From an uncultured Eubacteriales bacterium (lineage in GTDB: Bacteria > Bacillota > Clostridia > Christensenellales > CAG-138), in contig CADBRR010000002.1 of NCBI GenBank assembly GCA_902797145.1, positions 5,203-69,202 on the forward strand: DNA of 64,000 nucleotides. The letters run 5' to 3'. Below are positions 10,427 through 20,022 of the stretch, in pieces (the stretch's first letter is position 1; each line of letters opens with the position of its first letter). The notes beneath the pieces are model-generated. The model was not told where the DNA came from. It saw only the letters and a program-made list of their open reading frames with translations, and searched no databases. The translations under genes and the position numbers were made by a program.

Positions 10427-11512
10427 TTATTTGCTGTACTTTTCTGACTGCATCTTGATGAGTGTTTCGTCATCGAAATAGTTGATTTTCATAGCGCTCT
10501 TAACTTCACTGAGCGTTTGCGCTGCCGTTATCCTTGCAACATCGCTGCCTTTTTTAAGCATATCATATACAGCAGGAATATCCTTTTCAAATTCCTTCCT
10601 GCGCTTTCTGATAGGCTCAAGTGTTGATTGAAGAACATTGTTTAAGAATTTCTTAACCTTTACATCGCCAAGTCCGCCACGCTTATAATGTGCTTTGAGC
10701 GCATCAAGGTTTTCATAATCAGGCAAAAATTCTTTGAAATGTTCGTCTTTTGCAAATGCATCAAGGTAGATAAATACAGGGTTATTTTCAACTTCTCCCG
10801 GATCTTCAACACGAAGATGATTCGGGTCTGTAAACATTCCCATAACTTTTGTCTTAACATCTGCTTCTGTATCTGAAAGATATATGCAGTTACCGAGCGA
10901 TTTTGACATCTTTGCCTTACCGTCAGTTCCAGGAAGACGAAGACAAGCCTTGTTGTTTGGAAGCAAAACTTCAGGTTCAACAAGCGTATCACCATATACA
11001 GCATTGAACTTGCGAACTATTTCCTTTGTCTGTTCAATCATAGGAAGCTGATCCTCACCAACAGGAACAGTAGTTGCCTTGAACGCAGTTATATCCGAAG
11101 CCTGACTTATGGGATATGTAAAAAATCCTACCGGAATGCTTGCTTCGAAGTTGCGCATCTGAATTTCTGCTTTAACAGTTGGGTTCCTCTGAAGCCTTGA
11201 AACTGTTACAAGGTTCATATAATAAAACGAAAGCTCACAAAGCTCTGAAATCTGCGACTGAACAAAAATAGTAGATTTTTCAGGGTCAAGACCGCATGAA
11301 AGGTAATCGAGCGCAACTTCGATTATGTTTTGACGAACCTTTTCAGGGTTGTCTGCATTATCTGTAAGTGCCTGCGCATCTGCTATCATAATGAATATTT
11401 TATCAAACTCTCCAGAATTTTGAAGTTCTACTCTTCGCCTAAGCGAACCAACATAATGTCCAACATGAAGCTTGCCTGTCGGTCTATCACCTGTAAGAAT
11501 TATTTTAGACAT
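10427..11512 (-). CDS. trpS: Tryptophan--tRNA ligase
   Basis: 361 aa class-I aaRS. HIGH-type motif ([11 protein letters not shown]), KMSKS motif (KMSKSLGN), TrpRS-like length and N-terminus; GGAGGA RBS. Confidence 0.8.
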   Translation of the reverse strand: MSKIILTGDRPTGKLHVGHYVGSLRRRVELQNSGEFDKIFIMIADAQALTDNADNPEKVRQNIIEVALDYLSCGLDPEKSTIFVQSQISELCELSFYYMNLVTVSRLQRNPTVKAEIQMRNFEASIPVGFFTYPISQASDITAFKATTVPVGEDQLPMIEQTKEIVRKFNAVYGDTLVEPEVLLPNNKACLRLPGTDGKAKMSKSLGNCIYLSDTEADVKTKVMGMFTDPNHLRVEDPGEVENNPVFIYLDAFAKDEHFKEFLPDYENLDALKAHYKRGGLGDVKVKKFLNNVLQSTLEPIRKRRKEFEKDIPAVYDMLKKGSDVARITAAQTLSEVKSAMKINYFDDETLIKMQSEKYSK

Positions 11513-11607
11513 ACAAATTTCCTCCGAAAAAATGCAATATTATAAATAGTATTGTAAAGGCTCTTATCAAAGTGATAAAAGCCATATTTCACCAATGATA
11601 ATATATA

Positions 11608-11636
11608 ATTTTAACAGATATAACACAGAATGTCAA
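11608..11636 (-). promoter_or_regulatory. Candidate sigma-A promoter for trpS
   Basis: Minus strand: TTGACA - 17 nt - TAAAAT, about 90 nt upstream of the ATG. Confidence 0.55.
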
Positions 11637-11650
11637 TTGTTATGAGCTAA

Positions 11651-12487
11651 TCACCTAACCTTTTTCTGAACGCCGTTTACATCTATTTCCGTTTCGCCGT
11701 CAAGCAATAGTTCACTTACAGTAACAAATTCATAGCCCTGAGCCTTTGCTTCAGCAATAAGCGTTGGAAGATATTCTTTAATTTTATAACCATTGTTGTG
11801 ACAAAGAATGATACAGCCATCTGAAAGTTTAGGCAGAACAGTATCGAGTATCGTCTGAGCGCTTCGCTCCGGCTTCCAATCTATTGTGTCAATAGACCAT
11901 TGAACAGTAGTAAGTCCCATATCCCTGACAGTTTTTATAACGTTGTCGTTGTATTCACCATATGGTGCCCTAAATACCTTGCTGCGCTTGCCTGTGATTG
12001 ATTCGAGCAAGTCGTCATATTTGTTAAGCTCTTCACGTATCTGCGCTGACGAAAGCTTGTTCATATGGGGGTGAGTTGCACTGTGGTTGCCGATTTCATG
12101 ACCCTGCGCAGCTATTGCAGCAACATTATCAGGATATTTTTCAGCCCAGAATCCACAAAGGAAAAATGTTGCTTTGATGTCGTTCTTTTTAAGCTCTGAA
12201 AGTATGTATTCTGTCTTGTCGTCTTCCCATGCAGCGTCTATGGTGAGCGCAATTTTCTTGTCGTTTCTATCAACGCTGTAAACGGGAAGTTCTTTTTTCT
12301 TGCCTGCAAGAACTTCAAGCTCGTATTCTTCTATGCTGGGCAGAGAACTTGTTACGCTCGTGTTAAGCGATACTGCACCCGAAGAACGGGCAGATGAGTT
12401 TAAAAGTATTATTGCGGAAGCGATAATTCCTGCTATTGCTATTGCCGCAATGATGAGTGTTCGTTTGGTGATGACGAATATACGCAA
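11651..12487 (-). CDS. Polysaccharide deacetylase (NodB homology domain), membrane anchored
   Basis: 278 aa with an N-terminal TM helix. NodB motifs: TIDAAWED, FFLCGFWAEKYP, GHEIGNHSATHPHM, FRAPYGEY. TTG start 7 nt after AAGGAGGA. Confidence 0.85.
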   Translation of the reverse strand: MRIFVITKRTLIIAAIAIAGIIASAIILLNSSARSSGAVSLNTSVTSSLPSIEEYELEVLAGKKKELPVYSVDRNDKKIALTIDAAWEDDKTEYILSELKKNDIKATFFLCGFWAEKYPDNVAAIAAQGHEIGNHSATHPHMNKLSSAQIREELNKYDDLLESITGKRSKVFRAPYGEYNDNVIKTVRDMGLTTVQWSIDTIDWKPERSAQTILDTVLPKLSDGCIILCHNNGYKIKEYLPTLIAEAKAQGYEFVTVSELLLDGETEIDVNGVQKKVR

Positions 12488-12592
12488 GTTTGTTTCCTCC
12501 TTGATAAAAATATTTATCTTTTTTTAAAAATTATATGCCAACGCTTGAATTATATGTTATACTTAAACTAAATATTCTGAAAGAGAAGCGTT

Positions 12593-14827
12593 ATGGAAGA
12601 ATTACAGGGAATAGTAAAGTCAGTTATTTTTAGAAACGATGAAAACGGATTTTCGGTCATTGAAATTAGAACCGATGATGGCGATGAAGTTACAGCCGTT
12701 GGTGAATTGGTTACGGCAAACGTAGGCGAAAAAATTAAAATGAACGGCGATTGGGTCGTAAATAGAGTGTATGGTAGACAGTTTAAAGCTAAGAGCTTCG
12801 TTGCAGTTGCTCCGTCTACTCTTCATGCTATTGAAACATATCTTGCAAGCGGAATTATTAAAGGCATTGGCGCTCAAAGGGCAAAAAGTATAGTTTCAGC
12901 ATTCGGACTCGATGCGCTCGAAGTTATCGAAAATGAACCGGAAAGGTTAAAAAATATTCCGGGCATAGGTTCGTCAAGCGCTGCGCAAATTCATAACTCG
13001 TTTATGATGCAAAGAGCTATGCGTGATATAATTATAACACTTCAAGAATATGGTATAACTGTTTCTCAAGCTATGAAACTGTACAAGATTTTCGGGAGTT
13101 CCTGCATAAATATTATACAAGAGAATCCTTATGTAATGATAGAACGTGTTGAATCTATCGGTTTTAAAACTGCCGATAAAATTGCAATGAATGTTGGAAT
13201 ACCCCATGACAGCGATTTTAGAATAATGGCAGGAATTAAATATATTATTTCATGGGCAAGAAATGAAGGGCATACATTTCTGCCTCGTGATGTGCTTATA
13301 AGCGCAGGAGAAAAGGTACTTGGGGTATATCAGAATCAAATAGAACGAAACCTCGATAGCCTTCTTGAAGAAAAACAACTCGTTCAAAAGAATATTGATA
13401 ATATTGTAGCAGTATTCAATCCTCATATGTATAGTATTGAAAGCGAATGCGCCACTATGCTTACACGATTGAAAAATAATAATACAGAACCGCTTTATCT
13501 TGTAAATAATGATATAAATAGGCTTGAAAAACAATTCAACACAAAGCTTGCAGATAAACAAAGGCTTGCTATAAACGAGGTAATGTCAAACGGTGTTATG
13601 GTTATAACAGGTGGACCGGGTACAGGTAAAACAACAATTCTTAAATTTATAATAAGTATATTTGAATCAAGAGGCATTCCATTTGAACTTTGCGCACCGA
13701 CAGGAAGAGCTGCAAAGCGTATGAGTGAGGCAACCGGTGTTGAAGCAATGACGATTCATAGACTGTTAGAATACGATATACAGGAAATGACGTTTAGGAA
13801 AAATGAGGATAATACGCTTTATGCTAATGCTGTTGTGGTTGATGAGTTTTCGATGGTGGATATTCAGCTTTTGCGCGCATTGCTTAAAGCGCTTAATCCT
13901 AATACAAGGCTAATTATAGTTGGCGATGCAGATCAGCTTCCGTCAGTTGGAGCAGGAAATGTGTTAAGGGATATAATAGCAAGCAAGCTAATTCCCGTTG
14001 TTTCACTAACGGATATTTTTAGGCAGAACGGTAGAAGTATGATTATATCAAATGCGCATTTTATAAATAGCGGAAGTATGATAGAACTTGATGATAAAGA
14101 ATCAGATTTTGGTTTTGAACAGATAAACGATGTAGAAACTGCTGCAAGACGTGTAGTTGGACTTATGAGTGGCAAAACGAATAAACTTTTAACAGATGAT
14201 TGCTTTAAAGACGTTCAGGTGCTTGCACCTATGAAACGTGGCGATATTGGCGTTAAAAGATTGAATAAACTTATTCAGGAGGCATTGAACCCATATTCAA
14301 GATTGAAGCATGAGAAAAAGTATGGTGAATCCATATTCCGTGAAGGCGATAAGGTTATGCAAATCAAAAATAATTACACAATAAATTGGAAAAGGAAAAT
14401 GCGTAGCGGCAATATGGAAGAGGGCGAAGGAGTTTTTAATGGCGATTTAGGAACAATTACATCAATAAACGAACAGCTCCATTCATTTGTTGTACTGTTT
14501 GATGATGAAAGAGAAGCTATGTATGATTTTTCTATGTTCGAGGAAATAGAACTTGCGTATTGTGTATCTATACATAAAAGTCAGGGTTGCGAATTTCCAA
14601 TAGTTATTTTGCCAATCGTAAGCGGACCACCTATGCTTTTAACAAGAAACCTGTTGTATACAGCAGTTACAAGGGCAAGAAAACAAGTATATATTGTAGG
14701 AAGTCGAGATTGCATATGGAATATGATTCAGAACAATACAATAAAGCATAGATATAGCGCATTGCGTTATCTGCTTGCTATGTGTGAAGAAAAAAATAGC
14801 AAAAAGGCAAGTGAAAGTGGAAAATAG
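12593..14827 (+). CDS. recD2: RecD2-type ATP-dependent DNA helicase (SF1B)
   Basis: 744 aa. Walker A (ITGGPGTGKTT), VVDEFSMVD, IVGDADQLPSVGAGNV, C-terminal YTAVTRARK motif, and an N-terminal HhH/OB-like part. Confidence 0.85.
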   Translation: MEELQGIVKSVIFRNDENGFSVIEIRTDDGDEVTAVGELVTANVGEKIKMNGDWVVNRVYGRQFKAKSFVAVAPSTLHAIETYLASGIIKGIGAQRAKSIVSAFGLDALEVIENEPERLKNIPGIGSSSAAQIHNSFMMQRAMRDIIITLQEYGITVSQAMKLYKIFGSSCINIIQENPYVMIERVESIGFKTADKIAMNVGIPHDSDFRIMAGIKYIISWARNEGHTFLPRDVLISAGEKVLGVYQNQIERNLDSLLEEKQLVQKNIDNIVAVFNPHMYSIESECATMLTRLKNNNTEPLYLVNNDINRLEKQFNTKLADKQRLAINEVMSNGVMVITGGPGTGKTTILKFIISIFESRGIPFELCAPTGRAAKRMSEATGVEAMTIHRLLEYDIQEMTFRKNEDNTLYANAVVVDEFSMVDIQLLRALLKALNPNTRLIIVGDADQLPSVGAGNVLRDIIASKLIPVVSLTDIFRQNGRSMIISNAHFINSGSMIELDDKESDFGFEQINDVETAARRVVGLMSGKTNKLLTDDCFKDVQVLAPMKRGDIGVKRLNKLIQEALNPYSRLKHEKKYGESIFREGDKVMQIKNNYTINWKRKMRSGNMEEGEGVFNGDLGTITSINEQLHSFVVLFDDEREAMYDFSMFEEIELAYCVSIHKSQGCEFPIVILPIVSGPPMLLTRNLLYTAVTRARKQVYIVGSRDCIWNMIQNNTIKHRYSALRYLLAMCEEKNSKKASESGK

Positions 14828-14854
14828 TAAATTAACAACGAAGAACAATAAAAC

Positions 14855-16369
14855 ATGATGAATAAAAGTAATATCATTGAATCATATTTTAAAACAAAGT
14901 ACTTGAACATACGACCGCTTATTTTAATTGCAATAGGGTTACTTTGCGGATATCTTTCTGAAAGATTTCTTTCGGGAACGCAAATACTCATGTTTATTAT
15001 TCTTGCAGGTGGATTAACGATATATTCGTTTTACCGAAAAGATTATATATTACTGTTGTTCGTATTTTCATTTTTGCTTGGTTTGATTCGTGTCAATGTT
15101 GCATATCCGAAGCTAAATGCAGAAAACAAATGCAAAGTTGAAGGAATTATATGCGATACTGTTTCATATAGTAATAATCTTTATACTATAATAATTGACA
15201 ATGTTAAGGTAAATTCTGAAAAAGTGAGTGGTAAAGCTATTTTATATAGTGGAATAAAACCAAAACACTGTGATTTTGGCGATTATGTATTGTTTAATTC
15301 TGTAAGGGAAGATATAAATGAGGATAGATATTACTATTATCTTTCGAAAAATATAACCTTCATATCATATAATAATACGCTTATATTATCACGCAAGGGA
15401 AATTGTAGAGGGCTAAATGGCATACTTGGAGATATGAGGCAATGGGTTTCATCATCGCTCGATGATTGTTATGGAGATAATGGAGGAATTGCAAAAGCTC
15501 TTGTTCTTGGGGATAGAAGTGATATAACATATGAGCAGATGGAATACTTTAATTCATCGGGAACATCACATATTCTTGCATTATCAGGGCTCCACATTTC
15601 TATTATTCTTGCGTTTTTATCAGTTTTATTAGGCAAACTTGAATATAATTATAGAACAACAATAATAATGATAGTTGTGTTTATATTTGGAATGATAACG
15701 AAATTCCCATCATCACTTGTAAGGGCAGTTATAATATGGATATGTTTGACTCTTTCGGTTCCGCTTCGTAGAAAATATGACGGTTTATCTGCGATAGCAT
15801 TAGCCTTTATTATTCTGACATTAATAAATCCGTTTAATATATATTCTATCGGGTTCCAATTATCGTTTCTTGCGATTTTAGGAATTATATTACTAAGAAG
15901 TAATATATCATCAAAAACAAATAAGGTATTTCATAAATATATTTCGGATTCTATATCGTCGTCGCTATGTGGAACGATTGGAACATTACCTGTTATGATA
16001 AATTCGTTTGGCGTGATAAATACATATACGTTAATTTCAAACATTGTTATAATCCCACTTGTTACGATTACCATGTTTCCTGCTATACTCTCTGTAATAG
16101 CATATTCATTTGCACCGGAACTTGGCAGAATAATTGGCATGGCAGGGAGTTTAATATTCAATATTATGACGTATTATGCAGAGGCGTTTGCGAACCTTCC
16201 TTACTCTCAGATAGAAGTCGGTTCGCCTGGAATAATAGCTGTGATTGCATATTATTGTTTAATGGTAGTTATATCAAGATATTGGTTAAAGCGAGGAAGT
16301 GCAAGATGGATAACGGCATCAGCCTGTATTTTAATTATAATTTTTTCGTCAATCCATATGTTTAAATAG
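14855..16369 (+). CDS. comEC: ComEC/Rec2-family membrane protein (competence-channel domain only)
   Basis: 504 aa, polytopic. Signature FNSSGTSHILALSGLHISI. The ORF ends before any C-terminal metallo-beta-lactamase domain. Confidence 0.8.
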   Translation: MMNKSNIIESYFKTKYLNIRPLILIAIGLLCGYLSERFLSGTQILMFIILAGGLTIYSFYRKDYILLLFVFSFLLGLIRVNVAYPKLNAENKCKVEGIICDTVSYSNNLYTIIIDNVKVNSEKVSGKAILYSGIKPKHCDFGDYVLFNSVREDINEDRYYYYLSKNITFISYNNTLILSRKGNCRGLNGILGDMRQWVSSSLDDCYGDNGGIAKALVLGDRSDITYEQMEYFNSSGTSHILALSGLHISIILAFLSVLLGKLEYNYRTTIIMIVVFIFGMITKFPSSLVRAVIIWICLTLSVPLRRKYDGLSAIALAFIILTLINPFNIYSIGFQLSFLAILGIILLRSNISSKTNKVFHKYISDSISSSLCGTIGTLPVMINSFGVINTYTLISNIVIIPLVTITMFPAILSVIAYSFAPELGRIIGMAGSLIFNIMTYYAEAFANLPYSQIEVGSPGIIAVIAYYCLMVVISRYWLKRGSARWITASACILIIIFSSIHMFK

Positions 16370-16373
16370 AAAC

Positions 16374-16401
16374 TTGACTTTTTTAAAATTTATGTTATAA
16401 T
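16374..16401 (+). promoter_or_regulatory. Candidate sigma-A promoter with extended -10
   Basis: TTGACT - 16 nt - TATAAT, with TG one nt upstream of the -10 (TGtTATAAT). Confidence 0.55.
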
Positions 16402-16420
16402 AATTATATCGAGTTGCGAA

Positions 16421-16460
16421 AGCGTAAGTCCAGGTATGGGCTTGCGCTTTTTGTTTGTTT
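16421..16460 (+). terminator. Terminator-like hairpin inside the MATE gene leader (possible attenuator, or the comEC terminator)
   Basis: agcgtaag-(12-nt loop)-cttgcgct forms an 8-bp stem with one G-U pair, followed by TTTTGTTTGTTT. It ends immediately before the AAGGAGG RBS. Confidence 0.4.
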
Positions 16461-16475
16461 AAGGAGGATATAATT

Positions 16476-17879
16476 ATGAATGTTGAAAACGATAGCTTTC
16501 TTGAAAAAGAGAGCATATCAAAACTTATGCGCAAATATGCCATACCATGTATAATATCGTTGCTTGTAGCTGCGCTTTACAACATAGTAGACCAAATTTT
16601 TATTGCGAACGCAAGTTATCTTGGTTCATATGGCAATGCTGCGAACACAGTAGTATTTCCGTTGACAGTAATTGCGCTTGCAATAGCTGTAATGATAGGT
16701 GACGGTTGTTGCGCATTTGTCAGCATAAGCTTTGGTAAAGGCAATAAAGATGATGCAAAACGAAGCATAGGAAATAGTATCGTATTAACTGTTGTGAGCA
16801 GTATTGTTCTTGCAGCAATTTATCTTATATTCAGCAATAATATAATTTCGTTATTCGGTGGAACAGTAAACAACGAAACATTTGAATATTCAAAGGAATA
16901 TTTTTTCTATATAACTCTTGGAATACCATTTTATATGTTTGGTCAAGCAATGAATCCTGTAATAAGATCTGATGGAAGTCCTAAGTTTGCTATGATATCA
17001 ACACTTGCAGGCGCAGTTGTGAATATTATTTTAGATCCGATATTCATTTTTGTATTCAAATGGGGAATGATGGGCGCAGCAGTTGCAACTGTTGCGGGTC
17101 AGATTTTGACAGCAGTTCTTGCAATATATTATCTTCGTAATACGAAAATGGTTAAGGTTGAGAAAAAAGATTTTGCGCTTAAAGGCTATGTCGTTGCAAG
17201 AACGTTATCGCTTGGGATTTGTAGTTTTCTATCACAAATCTCACTTGTAGCAGCAATGGCAGTTATAAACAATATGATTAGAAAATATGGAGCGCTCGAT
17301 GCTATATTTTCGCAGGAACAATATGCGCAGATACCTATGGCAGTTGTTGGCATTGTAATGAAATTCTTCCAGATAGTAATTTCAATCGTTGTTGGAATGG
17401 CAGCAGGATGTATACCGATTGTTGGTTATAACATCGGCGCAGAACGCAAAGATAGGGTAAAAGAGTTGTTTACAAAATTGCTTATTTGCGAAGCGCTTGT
17501 AGGAATAATCGCATTGATTCCCGTTGAACTTTTGCCGCATCTTCTTATAAGAATATTTGGTTCTGCAAATGAAAGCATATATTATACCGAATTTGCAATT
17601 AAATCATTTAGAATATATCTTTGTATGATGCCGCTTGCCTGCATAAACAAAGCAACATTTATTTTCCTTCAGTCTATGGGAAAAGCGGTTGAATCGACTG
17701 TACTCTCAATGATAAGGGAAGTTGTGTTCGGCGTAGGTCTTGCATTGTTACTTCCGATATTCTATGGACTTGATGGCGTTCTTTATTCAATGCCTGTTGC
17801 AGATGTCTTAACTGCAATAGCATCGCTTATCATTATTATTTCAACGTATAAAAAACTTAATGAGAAAGTTAAAATTTGA
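16476..17879 (+). CDS. MATE-family multidrug/efflux transporter
   Basis: About 12 TM helices with a typical MATE N-terminus (LMRKYAIPCIISLLVAALYNIVDQIFI). The start is set at ATG 16476, 8 nt after AAGGAGG; the ORF-track start at 16455 lies upstream of the RBS. Confidence 0.85.
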   Translation: MNVENDSFLEKESISKLMRKYAIPCIISLLVAALYNIVDQIFIANASYLGSYGNAANTVVFPLTVIALAIAVMIGDGCCAFVSISFGKGNKDDAKRSIGNSIVLTVVSSIVLAAIYLIFSNNIISLFGGTVNNETFEYSKEYFFYITLGIPFYMFGQAMNPVIRSDGSPKFAMISTLAGAVVNIILDPIFIFVFKWGMMGAAVATVAGQILTAVLAIYYLRNTKMVKVEKKDFALKGYVVARTLSLGICSFLSQISLVAAMAVINNMIRKYGALDAIFSQEQYAQIPMAVVGIVMKFFQIVISIVVGMAAGCIPIVGYNIGAERKDRVKELFTKLLICEALVGIIALIPVELLPHLLIRIFGSANESIYYTEFAIKSFRIYLCMMPLACINKATFIFLQSMGKAVESTVLSMIREVVFGVGLALLLPIFYGLDGVLYSMPVADVLTAIASLIIIISTYKKLNEKVKI

Positions 17880-17885
17880 GAAGAG

Positions 17886-17920
17886 GCACCTTACTTAAAA
17901 TAAGTAGGGTGCTCCTTTAT
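17886..17920. terminator. Intrinsic terminator between convergent genes
   Basis: gcaccttactta-aaa-taagtagggtgc forms a 12-bp stem with one G-U pair, followed by T-rich sequence. Confidence 0.6.
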
Positions 17921-17922
17921 TA

Positions 17923-19185
17923 TTATAATATTACTTGAAAAACAGTATATTCATTTTGTTTGCTATGAACAGTAATTTTCCCATTATGTTCGTTAATAAT
18001 TGCATTTGCTATTGCAAGACCTAACCCAACGCTTCCATCAGCTCTTGTCCTTGCTTCATCAGCACGATAGAACCTATCGAATATCTTATCAATATCTTCT
18101 GGAGGAATGCCTGCGCCAGAATTTCTGACTTCAAATAGCTTTTTGTTGCCTGAACGCTTTAAAGTAACGCTTATTTCGCCGTTATCATAGGAATACTTAA
18201 TTGCATTGTCAATAAGAATTACTGCAACCTGCTTAATCTGTTCTTCATTGCCGAAACATTTTATATCGTCTTCGATGTCGATTGAATAATTCTTGTTGTT
18301 TTCAAATGCTGTGCTTTCAAAAGGCAACGCAACGCTCATAATTGCTTTGCTCATATCAAATTCTGCAAAATCCTTATCGACTTTATTATTATCGAGCTTT
18401 GCAAGGGTAAGCAGACTGTTAATAAGAGTTCGCATTCTTCTTGATTCAGATTGAATGTACGATAACCATTTGTTGTCGCCTATTTCATCATGAAGAATGT
18501 CAGCGTTAGTAGTTATAACTGCAACCGGTGTTTTCAATTCATGGCTTGCATCGGATATAAATCTTCGCTGTTTCTCGAACGCATCGCTAACAGGTTTAAT
18601 CATTGATTTTACGAGCAGTAGCGATACAACAAAAATAATTATCCAAGCAGCTGAACTTATAATTATTGATGTAACAAACAACCTGTACTCGTTTGAAAAT
18701 GTCATTGAACTTTCAAGAAATACAATGATTTTTCCATATGTTTTGTTTTGAACGATGTAATAATTATCGCTTTGAATCCCGAAATCTTTATTGTTATTGA
18801 TTACGAAATCAACCATACTCTGAATTTCTTCATCTGAATGAAGGTAAGCTCTATCGGCAATAGTTTCAATAATTTGCCCTTCGTCATCGAGCTTTACTGA
18901 AGTAAAGATTGCGGAGTTCATATCATTTAAATCGAATTTTCGATGTGTAGATTCTCCGATATCATTTTCGGGTGGTTTTACATTATCTTTGGGCGGCTGT
19001 TCTTTTGATGGTTCACGAATTATTCGTACACCATCGTTTTTTGCCATTGACATGAGCATATTGTATGCCCTTGTGTTGTTTGCGTTCGTTATAATAATAT
19101 TAATTGCGGCAATAATTCCAACAAAAATAATTGTAATAATTATCATTATTGTCATAACAAACTTATACTTTAATTTTGAAATCAT
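17923..19185 (-). CDS. Sensor histidine kinase (TCS-1)
   Basis: 420 aa. Two TM helices flank a ~130-aa external domain. H-box (SHELKTPVAVI), N/G boxes (DNAIKYS, NSGAGIPPEDIDKIFDRFYR, GLGLAIA). Confidence 0.85.
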   Translation of the reverse strand: MISKLKYKFVMTIMIIITIIFVGIIAAINIIITNANNTRAYNMLMSMAKNDGVRIIREPSKEQPPKDNVKPPENDIGESTHRKFDLNDMNSAIFTSVKLDDEGQIIETIADRAYLHSDEEIQSMVDFVINNNKDFGIQSDNYYIVQNKTYGKIIVFLESSMTFSNEYRLFVTSIIISSAAWIIIFVVSLLLVKSMIKPVSDAFEKQRRFISDASHELKTPVAVITTNADILHDEIGDNKWLSYIQSESRRMRTLINSLLTLAKLDNNKVDKDFAEFDMSKAIMSVALPFESTAFENNKNYSIDIEDDIKCFGNEEQIKQVAVILIDNAIKYSYDNGEISVTLKRSGNKKLFEVRNSGAGIPPEDIDKIFDRFYRADEARTRADGSVGLGLAIANAIINEHNGKITVHSKQNEYTVFQVIL

Positions 19186-19188
19186 CGC

Positions 19189-19872
19189 TTATTCTCCCTT
19201 TTCAAGCGAATAACCAAGCCCTCTGCTCGCCTTTATTCTTACGTGCGAGCCTGTAAAAGCAACTTTCTTTCGTATGAATGATATATATACTTCAATGTTG
19301 TTATACTCGCTGTCGTTATCATAACCCCATACTTTTTCAATCATTGATTCTTTTGATATTATCTGATTTTGATTTTTCATCATAATTTCAAGTATTGCAA
19401 GCTCCTTGACGCCAAGCTTTATAGATGTACCTGTCGATTTACAGCTTATTTCGCTCTGTTTTGTGCTTAATACGAGATCGTCAAACTCCAATGTATCGTT
19501 ATTCTCTATTACACCTTTTCTGCGTGTAACTGCCCTTATACAAGCCAAAAGCTCTTCTGTTTCAAACGGTTTTGTTAGATAATAATCAGCGCCTATATCA
19601 AGGCCTTTAACCTTGCTATCAACATCGGATTTTGCAGTTAAAATAACAACGGGAGTTGTCTTGTTTTCTTTGCGAAGCTCTTTTAATACCTCAAACCCAT
19701 TAAGTCGAGGCAGCATTATATCAAGTATAACAGCATCGTATATTCCGCTCAGTGCGTTGTTTAAACCATCAATGCCATTGTACGAAGCATCTACCTGATA
19801 GTTTTCGTTTTTCAGAACGTGACAGATAGCATCTGAAAGCCCTATTTCATCTTCTATGACTAAAATTCGCAT
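19189..19872 (-). CDS. OmpR/PhoB-family response regulator (TCS-1)
   Basis: 227 aa. Receiver domain (MRILVIEDE...DAVILDIMLP...LTAK) plus a winged-helix output domain (VRIKASRGLGYSL). Confidence 0.9.
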   Translation of the reverse strand: MRILVIEDEIGLSDAICHVLKNENYQVDASYNGIDGLNNALSGIYDAVILDIMLPRLNGFEVLKELRKENKTTPVVILTAKSDVDSKVKGLDIGADYYLTKPFETEELLACIRAVTRRKGVIENNDTLEFDDLVLSTKQSEISCKSTGTSIKLGVKELAILEIMMKNQNQIISKESMIEKVWGYDNDSEYNNIEVYISFIRKKVAFTGSHVRIKASRGLGYSLEKGE

Positions 19873-19918
19873 AAACTACCCCTTATAATTTATTAACATT
19901 TTTATTTTATTATATCAT

Positions 19919-19940
19919 ATATTATTGAATTAAGCTTGAA
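19919..19940 (-). promoter_or_regulatory. Candidate response-regulator site facing the TCS-1 operon: two 11-bp direct repeats
   Basis: Minus strand reads TTCAAGCTTAA TTCAATAATAT, then TGATATAAT (extended -10, 19909-19917). 15 of the first 17 nt match the plus-strand site at 19968-19984. Confidence 0.45.
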
Positions 19941-19966
19941 AAAATCGTATAAATAAAAGTTTTTCC

Positions 19967-19990
19967 ATTCAATCTTGATTCAATCTTGAT
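19967..19990 (+). promoter_or_regulatory. Perfect tandem 11-bp direct repeat upstream of the VTC gene (candidate OmpR-family binding site)
   Basis: attcaatcttg attcaatcttg at is 2.2 perfect copies with an 11-bp period, immediately followed by atgcCATAAT and the GGAGGTG RBS of the gene at 20023. Confidence 0.55.
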
Positions 19991-20022
19991 ATGCCATAAT
20001 TTGGACAGGAGGTGAGAAAGAA

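Noticed and set aside
16402-16460. Guanidine (ykkC, mini-ykkC, ykkC-III) riboswitch before the MATE gene.
   Set aside because: There are no paired hairpins with ACGR loops and no similarity to the conserved cores I remember. The leader is too short for ykkC.
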